64,000 bases of DNA. It comes from Sedimentisphaerales bacterium (GTDB lineage: Bacteria > Planctomycetota > Phycisphaerae > Sedimentisphaerales > SM23-30). Position numbers and translations under genes: made by a program. The notes beneath the pieces are model-generated. The model did no database searches. It saw only the letters and a list, made by a program, of their open reading frames with translations, and had not been told where the DNA came from. The stretch is from positions 64,001-128,000 of the forward strand of contig CAXXFK010000006.1 of the NCBI GenBank assembly GCA_963663965.2, given 5' to 3'. Of the stretch, positions 11,806 to 21,406 are shown in pieces; position 1 is the stretch's first letter; each line of letters begins with the position of its first letter.

Positions 11806-11835
11806 AGCCAGCTGGTAATGTAATCATGTTTTATT

Positions 11836-11867
11836 AAAACGCCGGGCTTCTAAACCCGGCGTTTTTT
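11836..11867 (+). terminator. Rho-independent terminator
   Basis: AAAACGCCGGG-loop-CCCGGCGTTTTTT. Confidence 0.85.
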
Positions 11868-11965
11868 CTTGCGCATGTGGAATCCGGACGACGCAACATT
11901 TTCAGTTGCGATTCCTTTCGGTCCGGTTATAATCAAATAAACTCAATCGAAAGGAAACAACCATC

Positions 11966-13006
11966 ATGAACATTACCAATCGAATTCTCATCGTTCTGAT
12001 AATAGCGACATCAAGTCTGTTGCCTTCCTGCGCGAAGCGCCCATCCATCGAACTTACCTGGCAGAATCCCGTCTGGGATGGCTATCTGGCCGATCCCCAT
12101 GTCTGGCAGACTGGCGGAGTCTATTATGCCTGTGGTACCGGCAAGGCGCCCGATGGCAACCAGTTTCCTATTCTCCGTTCAAAAGATCTGGCCCACTGGG
12201 AGTTCGTTGCCGGTGCCTTGCCGCCGCTGACCGATCCCAAACTTACCGAATACTGGGCGCCCGAGGTCGCTGAACGCGATGGCAAATTCTACCTCTACTA
12301 CGCCGGCGATCTTAAAATGCGCGTGGCAGTCGCTGACCATCCTGCCGGACCCTATCAGGATGCCGGTGTTCTGCTCTTTCCCGAGCTCGAGTTCTCTATC
12401 GATGCCCATCCCTTCCACGACCCCGTCACCGGTCAGTGGTATCTGTTTTTTGCCCGCGATTTCTTCGATCAGAAGCCCGGCACCGCGCTGTCCGTTGTCA
12501 GGCTCAATGATGACATGATCTCCACCTCCGGCCCCATGCACACCGTCATTCGCGCCTTCGCCGACTGGCAGATCTACGAACGTAACCGTACCCTCTACAA
12601 TAAACTCTGGCCCGCCTGGTACACCGTCGAAGGCCCGACACTCATCTATCGCAATGGCAAATACTACTGCTTCTATTCCGGTGGCAACTGGCAGACCCCC
12701 GGCTACGGTGTGGGCTGTGGGGTTTCCGATACCATCACCGGCCCCTATACCGATCCCTGGAGCAAAGAGGCTGCCTGTGTCCTGAGCAGCATTCCCGGCA
12801 AACTCATCGGTCCCGGCCACAATGGCACGATTCTCGGCCCGGACGGGCAGACTTATTTCATCGTCTATCACTCCTGGAACCCGCAGCGCACTGCCCGCCA
12901 GATGTGCCTTGATCCTATCATCTGGACCGAAGATGGCCCGCGCGCCTGGCAGCCCTCCCGTGGTGAAAAGACCGTAACGATTCCACTTACTGGCAATATG
13001 AAATAG
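11966..13006 (+). CDS. Glycoside hydrolase family 43 (lipoprotein)
   Basis: LADPHV, YWAPEV, SIDAHPF, VEGP, GPGHN motifs; LLPSC lipobox-like signal. Confidence 0.9.
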   Translation: MNITNRILIVLIIATSSLLPSCAKRPSIELTWQNPVWDGYLADPHVWQTGGVYYACGTGKAPDGNQFPILRSKDLAHWEFVAGALPPLTDPKLTEYWAPEVAERDGKFYLYYAGDLKMRVAVADHPAGPYQDAGVLLFPELEFSIDAHPFHDPVTGQWYLFFARDFFDQKPGTALSVVRLNDDMISTSGPMHTVIRAFADWQIYERNRTLYNKLWPAWYTVEGPTLIYRNGKYYCFYSGGNWQTPGYGVGCGVSDTITGPYTDPWSKEAACVLSSIPGKLIGPGHNGTILGPDGQTYFIVYHSWNPQRTARQMCLDPIIWTEDGPRAWQPSRGEKTVTIPLTGNMK

Positions 13007-13008
13007 CT

Positions 13009-14145
13009 ATGTTAAGTATCTCCTTTCAGGTATTTCCCCGCACCATACTGCTTCTGTGCGTTGTATTGGCAAATACACCCAATCTCTTTGCCGCCGACGT
13101 ATCGCGGAACATTCAGCCGACTTCCGCCGCTCAGTCAACATCCAAAATCTTTACTTATCACAATCCACTTCCTTTCGAGTATGAAGCGGGCGGCCAGACC
13201 CGCCGAGAAATCCGTGATCCCTGTATCATTCGCGAAGGGGATACCTGGTACCTGATCTTTACAGTCTGGCCATTTGCCAATCGGGAAGAAAACCGCCTGC
13301 ATCTTCCCGATCAGGGTGGTTCTCCCGGTATCAAACTCTACGCGTCCAGGGATCTCACCCATTGGACCTTTGTTAACTGGCTGGTCAAAGCGGATGAACT
13401 GCCCGACGATTGCCCCTATAAAAACCGTTTCTGGGCGCCCGAAATTCACAAAATCGGCGGTCGCTTTTATCTGATTTTCACTGCCGACAACTGGCTGAAA
13501 AAACCATATAATCCCGCCGGTTCATGGGGTACGGCCGGCTATGCCTTTGTGAGTGTTGCCAACCAGATCACCGGCCCATACCAACACATCACCTACATAG
13601 AAGGGGGGGGCTGCGATACTTCTTTGTTCGCCGATACCGATGGCCGGACCTATGCCGTCATTCCCGCTTATGACATTTTCCTCCAACCCATAGATCTTAG
13701 TAAAATTGATCAGGGCCAGGTCCGGTTAACTGGCACCCGTCAGAAAATCGTATCCTGTAAAAACGATGATATTCATTTTAATGCCGAAGCGGATTATCTC
13801 GAAGGCCCCTGGCTGTTTCGGCGTGACGGTCGTTATTATCTGATCTATGCCGGTCCCTATCGAGATTCGAAAAATACCACCGAACACCTGGGCTACTGGG
13901 CCAGCGTTGCTTATGCCGATTCACTAGATGGCCCCTGGCACAAAGATCCGCGTGGCCAGGTCTTCTTCGGTGGTCACATGGCTGTCTTCACCGGCCCGGA
14001 TCACCGGCCCTGGTTCTCATACCGCTGGGAAAAAGATAACGCGCACCGCGGCCTGCTCTGTATCGATCCAGTTACCATTGATCCCGCCGGCTTCCTCCAA
14101 CCCCACGGGCCATCCGATACGATAACGAAAATTCTGATCCCCTGA
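13009..14145 (+). CDS. Glycoside hydrolase family 43
   Basis: IRDPCII, FWAPEIH, CDTSLF, LEGPWL, GGH motifs; signal peptide. Confidence 0.88.
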   Translation: MLSISFQVFPRTILLLCVVLANTPNLFAADVSRNIQPTSAAQSTSKIFTYHNPLPFEYEAGGQTRREIRDPCIIREGDTWYLIFTVWPFANREENRLHLPDQGGSPGIKLYASRDLTHWTFVNWLVKADELPDDCPYKNRFWAPEIHKIGGRFYLIFTADNWLKKPYNPAGSWGTAGYAFVSVANQITGPYQHITYIEGGGCDTSLFADTDGRTYAVIPAYDIFLQPIDLSKIDQGQVRLTGTRQKIVSCKNDDIHFNAEADYLEGPWLFRRDGRYYLIYAGPYRDSKNTTEHLGYWASVAYADSLDGPWHKDPRGQVFFGGHMAVFTGPDHRPWFSYRWEKDNAHRGLLCIDPVTIDPAGFLQPHGPSDTITKILIP

Positions 14146-14196
14146 AAAATTTATTTGAAGCCATTCATGCTTCTGATAGCGGTTATATTCATATAA

Positions 14197-14967
14197 ATGT
14201 CAAAGTCTACACCAGATATCATCCTGCTCCACGGCGGCCCCGGCGTCTGGGGTTATCTCGGCCCCATCGCCGAATCCCTGTCCGGTTACGGTTGCATCCA
14301 CCAGCCCGTTCAGCGCACGGATGATAGTAACCAACCCATCACCGTGGCCGCTCATATTGCCGATCTGGCCGATTTTATCCAGCAGCATTGTTCTCAGTCT
14401 CCCATCCTCGTCGGCCATTCCTGGGGCGCCATGCTGGCCCTGGCCTTTGCTGCCGCCCATCCCCGGTCTGCCCGTGCCCTGGCCCTGGTTGCCTGCGGCA
14501 GTTTCGATAAACGCGCCCGGTCCCGCATGCACCTGATGATTGCCAACCGCACAACCCCGGCCATCCAGGCCGAAATCGAGCGGATCCAGGCCGAACAGCC
14601 CGACCCCGATCTCCGCTTGTCCCATTTCGGCCGTGCCATCCTGCCCATCTATGCATATGAACATGATCGTGACCCCGGTTCCATCCAGTGCAGCGCCCGC
14701 GCCTTCGACCAGGCCTGGAATGATATGCTCAACCAGCAGGACCGAGGCGTCTATCCCGCCGCCTTCAGTGTTATTCCATGCCCGGTCCTCATGATCCACG
14801 GCGACCACGACCCGCATCCCGGCTCTATGATCCGAGACAGCCTCCTGTCCCATATCCCTCAGCTCCAGTACCACCAGCTGACCCGCTGCGGCCACTACCC
14901 CTGGCTCGAACGCCACGCCCGCGAACCCTTCTTCCAATGCCTCAAATCCTGGCTTGACCAGTTCTAG
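14197..14967 (+). CDS. Alpha/beta hydrolase (proline iminopeptidase-like)
   Basis: HGGPG, GHSWG nucleophile elbow, GDHD, CGHYPWLE. Confidence 0.9.
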   Translation: MSKSTPDIILLHGGPGVWGYLGPIAESLSGYGCIHQPVQRTDDSNQPITVAAHIADLADFIQQHCSQSPILVGHSWGAMLALAFAAAHPRSARALALVACGSFDKRARSRMHLMIANRTTPAIQAEIERIQAEQPDPDLRLSHFGRAILPIYAYEHDRDPGSIQCSARAFDQAWNDMLNQQDRGVYPAAFSVIPCPVLMIHGDHDPHPGSMIRDSLLSHIPQLQYHQLTRCGHYPWLERHAREPFFQCLKSWLDQF

Positions 14968-14991
14968 CAGATCATCTTTCGTTTGTTATTG

Positions 14992-16737
14992 TTATGTAGC
15001 AGCCTCTTCTTCGGGCGTATTATTCTGATCAGTTTTCGGCCGTTTAATCAAACTCAGCACTGCGCCCGCGATCAGCAGTAAAAAGCCCAGTATCACATAT
15101 CGCCACTGTGCCATATGTCGCGACAGCATATACAACCGTACTCCCGGCGCGATCATCAGAGTTCCCGCTACGAGCCAGTCTCGATGCCTTATCCAAATCG
15201 CCCATGCAAGCGCCGCCGTTAGTAACACCACAATCAGATAGCTGAAATGCACCTGGTTTGGCAGTAGATCGTACAGGCAAAGCGTTAAACACCACGCCGC
15301 CACGATCCGGAATCCCCGGTGTATTTTCGCGCCAAAGATCAATCCCAGAATCAAAGTCGCCAGCCCGAAAAATCCCGCCAGGCCGCTGACCGGTGCCAGA
15401 TTCAAAGCTGATAAGAGCTTGCCGGAACCTCCCAGGAAACCAAAATCGACACACAACACCCCGATACTAGCCAGACAGAAATAAGGCTGCCATTTAATCA
15501 GCCCCCAACTCATCAATGCCGCCGCCAGGGTCCAGGCCGCCGGATGATAATGTAATGCGTAGGGCGCTTCCGGCCGGAATCCCATTGTCAAAATCACTCC
15601 CAGCCCATAGGCACATGCCACATAGCTCAGATACTTTAACCGGTGACGCCAAGCGATCCAGAGGACTGCCAATCCAGACAGGGCGATAAATACCGGCGGA
15701 TACGCAATCAGATCAACCATGACCTTCCCGGATACTACCACCGATTTCTGATCGATTGCGACTAAAATTGCGGCCAACGGCAGTCCAGCCAGTATGAATT
15801 CGATCATGCCGGCCCGTTTTCCACTTAACCGAAAAACCTCAATCAGTAACAGGCACCCTAGCGTGATAGCGGGGCAATAATCGCCCATCGTCCGTTCCAG
15901 CGTAAAAGTAAAAGACATTGAATACTGGTGAACACACGCCGCCGCCAGCAGTATCAATCCAAAGAGAACCGCCATCGCCGGCGATTGCAGGTACGCCGGC
16001 CGACTTTCGTCCGATTGGGCTCTCGGCGTTGACTGTAACGCGCTCAGCAGCATCAATCCGCCGCCGGCCAGCAATCCATACCACAGCGCCATCCAGATCC
16101 CGCGTCGTTGCATCTCTTTGGCGGCGTTACTTGCCAGCGAATCCGTTAACCAGACCGGCCCCAGGTAATTAATTACCACAATTAAACCCAATCCAGTGAG
16201 CATCGCCGCGTTAAACGGTACCCGTACCCATCGTTTCAGAACCCCCAGCTTAATCAAGCCAAGTGCCACGCCGGCAATTCCGGCCGTCAGCGCGTTCGCC
16301 ATATTCTTCTCCGCGATCGATCCCACCGCGATACTCGTCCCGATCAGATACAACGCGATCAGGACCATCAGCGAAATCGCGTCATCCACTACCTTTTTTC
16401 CCACAATCAAAATCAATACCGCCAGCAGCGCGATCTCATAACCATGCAGTGTTAACAGGCACGGCAGCGCCTCCCGCAGTGTCTGACCGGACGACAGAAT
16501 TGGCCCCAGCATGTTAACGATCCCGTACGTAATAAACACCGCGCTCAGGCAGTAAAACAGGCTACCCCCGGTCAGGTTAAAAAAAGCCTTCCAGGTCAGG
16601 TCCTGATACGGTTTATTTCCTGTGGCTGCCGGGAATATTTCTTCCACTGGTATATTACCTTGGAGGCCATCAATCAATGCTTTCTCAAAGCTGGTATCTT
16701 CCGGCAATTTCTGTTCAGGGGTATCAGGGGTATCCAT
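14992..16737 (-). CDS. Polytopic membrane protein of unknown function
   Basis: 581 aa with many hydrophobic segments; immediately downstream of the pseudopilin gene. Confidence 0.75.
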   Translation of the reverse strand: MDTPDTPEQKLPEDTSFEKALIDGLQGNIPVEEIFPAATGNKPYQDLTWKAFFNLTGGSLFYCLSAVFITYGIVNMLGPILSSGQTLREALPCLLTLHGYEIALLAVLILIVGKKVVDDAISLMVLIALYLIGTSIAVGSIAEKNMANALTAGIAGVALGLIKLGVLKRWVRVPFNAAMLTGLGLIVVINYLGPVWLTDSLASNAAKEMQRRGIWMALWYGLLAGGGLMLLSALQSTPRAQSDESRPAYLQSPAMAVLFGLILLAAACVHQYSMSFTFTLERTMGDYCPAITLGCLLLIEVFRLSGKRAGMIEFILAGLPLAAILVAIDQKSVVVSGKVMVDLIAYPPVFIALSGLAVLWIAWRHRLKYLSYVACAYGLGVILTMGFRPEAPYALHYHPAAWTLAAALMSWGLIKWQPYFCLASIGVLCVDFGFLGGSGKLLSALNLAPVSGLAGFFGLATLILGLIFGAKIHRGFRIVAAWCLTLCLYDLLPNQVHFSYLIVVLLTAALAWAIWIRHRDWLVAGTLMIAPGVRLYMLSRHMAQWRYVILGFLLLIAGAVLSLIKRPKTDQNNTPEEEAAT

Positions 16738-16742
16738 GTGTT

Positions 16743-17651
16743 TTACCTCGTTCGATATTGATTTTCATCTATTCCCGGCGGTTCCGTTTCCTTATCCGCC
16801 CACGCCCATTTCAGGTTACCCAGCGGATTATCGCTCCTGCTGTTACCGCGTATCTGATCTTCATATTCGATCCTCTCCACATGCCCATCCAGCATGACCA
16901 CGTTCCCCCAGCCATAATCCAGCTTTTTCGCGTTATTGACTCCATGATAGGTCGCGATACAATCCTGCGGTGTCTCATCGGCGCTGATCTGCAATACCGT
17001 ATCATCCAATCCTGCGCTGCTCAGGGACACCGATCCCTTACTGATAAACGAAGATGACCTCGCCCGGCCCCATATTGGCCATGAGTTTTCCTCACCAAAG
17101 AAAAATACTTCATCCGTCTTTTGTACCTGCGACAGCCGCCTCACACCGCCGGCCTGATCGCTGCCCAGGTACCCGTTCATCGTATAACTGTTTTGCGGCT
17201 TGAGATCGATCGATTTCACATGCTCGGGATTGGAACACCCCCGGCTGGGCGCGTAACGACGGAAGGTCGGGCACGGCCCGTAATAACCCCCGTCAAAATA
17301 GCTCCACAGCGTACCCCGAAAACCCTCGGTCTGCGCCATGACCTCACCATTGGGCGCCATCACTATATCATGCCAGCGGCAACCCATCGGATGCTCCTTG
17401 CTGACCGAAGACTCATGGTACAGCCAGCCCCGTGCCTCCGGAAACATCTGATTTTGATCATCCAGATAGACTGAACCCGCCTGCCCGTACCTGTGCAGAT
17501 AACTCATACACACGACTGCAGTTGACTGGCTTCTCGCTTTATTCAATGACGGCATGAGAAATGCCACCAGCAGCATAATCACCACGATGATGCAGAGCAG
17601 TTCAATGATCGTAAATCCGTTGCCGGCCTGTTTAAAACACCGTTTGTTCAT
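16743..17651 (-). CDS. Prepilin-type N-terminal cleavage/methylation protein (H-X9-DG-like)
   Basis: GFTIIELLCIIVVIMLLVAFLMPSLNKAR; NVVMLDGHVE. Confidence 0.88.
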   Translation of the reverse strand: MNKRCFKQAGNGFTIIELLCIIVVIMLLVAFLMPSLNKARSQSTAVVCMSYLHRYGQAGSVYLDDQNQMFPEARGWLYHESSVSKEHPMGCRWHDIVMAPNGEVMAQTEGFRGTLWSYFDGGYYGPCPTFRRYAPSRGCSNPEHVKSIDLKPQNSYTMNGYLGSDQAGGVRRLSQVQKTDEVFFFGEENSWPIWGRARSSSFISKGSVSLSSAGLDDTVLQISADETPQDCIATYHGVNNAKKLDYGWGNVVMLDGHVERIEYEDQIRGNSRSDNPLGNLKWAWADKETEPPGIDENQYRTR

Positions 17652-17913
17652 GACCGGGCAGGTCCCTTATAATGTGCGTTAATGAATACTCTATTCTAAA
17701 ATATGCAAATGAAACTACTTGTCATAAGTATACTCTGTTTTTTTATGAAATGCAAATGCATTCAACAATCTACGGTAATGATACAGCTTGTAACGGGAAT
17801 CATGTTTGCCCTGAAGTGACAAATTATGGTGAAGAGTATAAGTGAAAACATTTTGCCTGTTCAATTGAGGCTGGTAGCGTGAAGTAGATATCCCGCAGAC
17901 AGATGAAGTGCTT

Positions 17914-18798
17914 CTACCAATGAATTGTTCGGGATACGATTCGATTGATAGGCAGCTCAGAGAAGTTGGAGGGTAATATTTCCCATTCATAATAAATGGC
18001 GTTGTCCCTTCTGAATACCTTAACAGGAATGTTGGGATTATGCCATGTTATCTTCTCATGACTGCAATTCGAAAGAGAACAATCGGACGATTGATTGAAG
18101 TCCTCTGGATATCCCGGGCATCGGCGGGTGACGGCAATTGGAACTTCGGGAACATGCAAGGTAAAGGACCAGTCAACCATATGATTGATGGATATTCCCT
18201 GTCCCGTATTGCTTAACTCGCAACGGGATATCTTTCGTTCAGCGAGATGTTGCACAAGCTCGGATTTGTCGATACTGAGGGATTGATAATGTTGCCGAAG
18301 TTCATCGGTGGGGGGGCGATACTTTAACAGACAGGTCTCGCCATCAAAATTTGTTAAAATTCGTTGAGTCGCATGCTGATACATGCTGTTGTCGAACCGC
18401 ATGATGCGCGGATCAGTTTGCTGGCCGGCCAGCCATCGACCGAGGACAACCTCGCAAACATCCAGGCGGCTCAATACATCCAGAAGTCCCCAATCGTTAC
18501 AGACGACTTCAAATTTTTGTTGTATCTCCCCAAGCGTTTTCACTAATCCACTGACCCTATCCAATCCTGAATTGGTTAACGGTGGCGTGACCAGAGTAAT
18601 CTCAATGCCATTTTTTACCAGGTATTTCCCGAGTTCAAGCGCCACCTCACAGGATGGCAGGAGGCGTTCACAGGTTTCGTGGCCGAAATAGACCCGGTGA
18701 GAATTAAAATCGCAATTCTCGGCCTGCCACCAATCTATCCAGATTGCTTTTTCCATGTCCAACTCAAAATAATCTTTTCGCCTTATTGGTAATAACAA
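17914..18798 (-). CDS. U32 peptidase-family-like protein (UbiV-like partner subunit); likely start at 18756
   Basis: RVYFGHETCERLLP, ITLVTPPL, EVVCNDWGLL, LGRWL and a Cys-rich C-terminal segment; adjacent to a canonical U32 gene. Confidence 0.65.
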   Translation of the reverse strand: MLLPIRRKDYFELDMEKAIWIDWWQAENCDFNSHRVYFGHETCERLLPSCEVALELGKYLVKNGIEITLVTPPLTNSGLDRVSGLVKTLGEIQQKFEVVCNDWGLLDVLSRLDVCEVVLGRWLAGQQTDPRIMRFDNSMYQHATQRILTNFDGETCLLKYRPPTDELRQHYQSLSIDKSELVQHLAERKISRCELSNTGQGISINHMVDWSFTLHVPEVPIAVTRRCPGYPEDFNQSSDCSLSNCSHEKITWHNPNIPVKVFRRDNAIYYEWEILPSNFSELPINRIVSRTIHW

Positions 18799-19772
18799 TT
18801 CGACTGCTCACAAGCCGCTCCGAAAGTGTCCAAATATAACCTCTTTAATTTTTCCGACACAGTATCATCAGTCTTTATCGTGTTCCATAAACGAATGGAT
18901 TCTTTCAGGAAATTTGCCGACCTGCATATTATTTCCGAGTCATAACCCCGGCCGGCGATTTTGAAAAGACTGACACCGGCGTTCCATAATTCCCTTAATC
19001 GACAAGCGCCACAATGCGGTTTATAAAAATCGTCTCGGGTTAGATTAGAGACCCTGCCGTTCGCTGTCTCCCATTCCAGCTGGCAGCCATGACCTTCATA
19101 ACCGGGATCCGGCGAGTATACGGTTTTAATCGGGCCTTCTGTAATGACTTTATCGATGAATACGGGGGCGTCAACCGGTAACCGTACGCCATGGTAGAAA
19201 TTGCATAATCCATCGATGAACTGGCACTTCTGATTCATGACCAGCATTTCATATTCGATATCAGGCCCTCGATTAATGATACTTTCAATTTCCTTTAAAC
19301 TCAGGTGCCTTGGCAACACGACTCTGCTGACACCAAAATTGGCAAAATAGTTTATGGCGGCGCTGTTAAAGGGGGCGGCCACAATAGACAAATGATAATG
19401 AATCTTCCGGCAGTAATTTTGTAATGTGATTAACAACCCGGCATCAGCAATAATCATTGCCCCGCCTCCCGCGTCTTCCCACTGCTGAGCCAATTCAATA
19501 ATAGCGTTGACCTGCTGAGAGGAGTAATGACTGTTCAGAGTCAGGATGGTGTTAATTCCTCTGGTTTTGCCGATCTGGGCAATGCGGCTAAGGTCTTCTG
19601 AATTTCGAATGTGCGAAGATCTTCCCTGACGCCGACTGATAGTATCCGAATCTCCGTATTTGTCGCACCAGGCATCAGGCATGACGCCAAAATAGACTTC
19701 ATTCGCGCCGGCGTCAATGACCCGCAGGGCTTCCGTTTCCGAACAGATAGGGGCGACTATTCTGGGATTTAT
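18783..19772 (-). CDS. U32 peptidase-family Fe-S protein (UbiU/RlhA/TrhP-type putative hydroxylase)
   Basis: In-frame IVAPICSETEALRVIDAGANEVYFG upstream of the first ATG; IIADAGL, HLSIV, RVVLPRHLSLKEI, CQFIDGLC (Cx6C), CGAC, FKIAGR. Confidence 0.85.
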   Translation of the reverse strand: MNPRIVAPICSETEALRVIDAGANEVYFGVMPDAWCDKYGDSDTISRRQGRSSHIRNSEDLSRIAQIGKTRGINTILTLNSHYSSQQVNAIIELAQQWEDAGGGAMIIADAGLLITLQNYCRKIHYHLSIVAAPFNSAAINYFANFGVSRVVLPRHLSLKEIESIINRGPDIEYEMLVMNQKCQFIDGLCNFYHGVRLPVDAPVFIDKVITEGPIKTVYSPDPGYEGHGCQLEWETANGRVSNLTRDDFYKPHCGACRLRELWNAGVSLFKIAGRGYDSEIICRSANFLKESIRLWNTIKTDDTVSEKLKRLYLDTFGAACEQSNCYYQ

Positions 19773-21376
19773 CGAAGCGATGTCAGTTCTCCAGATTCCA
19801 TCTTGATCGCCGCAACCAGCTCTTCCAGCGAGTGAAAAAAACCTCCCGAGACCAGCATTCGGGCCCCCTGGATGGCTTTGTGGTAGTTGTCGTTGCGAAT
19901 GGGGTTGATTGCGGCATGACTGGCGTTGCCCGATTCGTGCATCGAAAGAACTTCAAAAAAACTTCTGGCTACTTCATGGTCAAGATAACTTAATATGTCT
20001 TTAAGTTTCAGAAGGGAAGGGGCAAATCGATCGTCAAAACGGCGCTTGGCGAGCAAAGGCGGTAAAGCACAAACCGCCTGCATGGAGGGGGCGGCCAGGG
20101 GATTAATGGCATCCAGCAAATCACGGTGGAAGGAATCAATTTCTGAGTGAATATAAGGGATAGGCTGAGGTCCCGGATTCGAGGAATGATACTGACCTGA
20201 ATTGACTCCATCGATATAATACTGCGATCCAGGCATGGCGTCCATGCGGTTTCTGGCGGAACGATATTCCAGAAGATGAAATTCTTTGAGTTTCAGGGCA
20301 AAGCGCTTGATTCCTTCCAAAGTGGCGTGAGAATGAAACATCATGACCCCGACATGAATTTCAGCCCCTTTTTTCCTGATCTCATTAACCAATGGCCATG
20401 GATTCTGGGTATAGGGCCGGTGCCATCTGCGGAGATCCGCCGGATCGTCAGATTCCAATCCCATAAAGACATAGGTGAGACCCGCCCGGGCTAACAGGTG
20501 AATAATCTCCTCATTCAAAGAATCCGGACGGACCTGAATCCCAAAGGAGATCTGTAACTGTCTTTGACATATCTCATCGGAGAATTCCCTGGCCCGAATG
20601 GTTGAATGATGATTGTTACCCAGAAAATCTTCATCAATAAAATTAAAAGACCGTGCTCCCATGTTCCGATTCAGGTTTTCGATTTCGTCCACAATATTTT
20701 TAATGGATCGTCCACGCCAGCGATTGGATGAATTCAGGGACATACCCGGGGAAGAGCAAAACATACAGGCCCCGCAACAACCCCGTGAACCCTGAAGATT
20801 GAAAGCCCAGCCGCTCCCCAGTATCTGTTCTGCGTAGGGCCGCTTGGGAAAAGGCAGCGTATCAAGATCATGGACTGCATGACCGCGGTATATTCTGGAT
20901 GGGTCAGGCTTGACTCCCGGATTTTTTGGTCCGGTCCAGTCATTCAAAAGTGATTGAACCAACGTTTCACCCTCAAATTGTGCCAGTAAGAAATCGGACG
21001 GCAGCATCTTGTCGGCGGCATCCAGTTCCGTCGAAATAAAATTTCCACCGGCCAGCCAGAGCACGCTTTTATCGCCCGAAAGCTTTTTTATTTCAGCGTA
21101 AATCGTCAGGACCGACTGGATTTCCTGGGCGGTTGTAATGGAAAAACCGATGACATCGGGTTCAAACGAGGCGGCTCGACGGGCTAAACGCGCATCAGTT
21201 AATCGATCCAGCGAACTGTCGAGTATGAGTACAAGACCGCCGGACGATTCTATCAGGGAGGCCAGGTACTCTATTCCAAGCGGTTCTTGAATTTCCGGAT
21301 CATAATAGGGAGAACAATTTTGCGGGCGTATCAGAACCCATCTCATTTTAGGAATTGGATCGCACATACATCTCAT
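19769..21376 (-). CDS. Cobalamin-binding radical SAM enzyme (class B methyltransferase-like)
   Basis: EPLGIEYLAS / PDVIGFS B12-binding domain; SRGCCGACMFC (CxxxCxxC), FIDEDF, MGLES. Confidence 0.9.
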   Translation of the reverse strand: MRCMCDPIPKMRWVLIRPQNCSPYYDPEIQEPLGIEYLASLIESSGGLVLILDSSLDRLTDARLARRAASFEPDVIGFSITTAQEIQSVLTIYAEIKKLSGDKSVLWLAGGNFISTELDAADKMLPSDFLLAQFEGETLVQSLLNDWTGPKNPGVKPDPSRIYRGHAVHDLDTLPFPKRPYAEQILGSGWAFNLQGSRGCCGACMFCSSPGMSLNSSNRWRGRSIKNIVDEIENLNRNMGARSFNFIDEDFLGNNHHSTIRAREFSDEICQRQLQISFGIQVRPDSLNEEIIHLLARAGLTYVFMGLESDDPADLRRWHRPYTQNPWPLVNEIRKKGAEIHVGVMMFHSHATLEGIKRFALKLKEFHLLEYRSARNRMDAMPGSQYYIDGVNSGQYHSSNPGPQPIPYIHSEIDSFHRDLLDAINPLAAPSMQAVCALPPLLAKRRFDDRFAPSLLKLKDILSYLDHEVARSFFEVLSMHESGNASHAAINPIRNDNYHKAIQGARMLVSGGFFHSLEELVAAIKMESGELTSLR

Positions 21377-21406
21377 CTAAACAATCATTGGAACATCTAA
21401 TGTTAT

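Noticed and set aside
17914..19772. Collagenase-type protease acting as the leader peptidase
   Set aside because: The U32 'peptidase' label is largely historical. The Cys motifs and paired arrangement match Fe-S hydroxylases, though proteolysis cannot be fully excluded.
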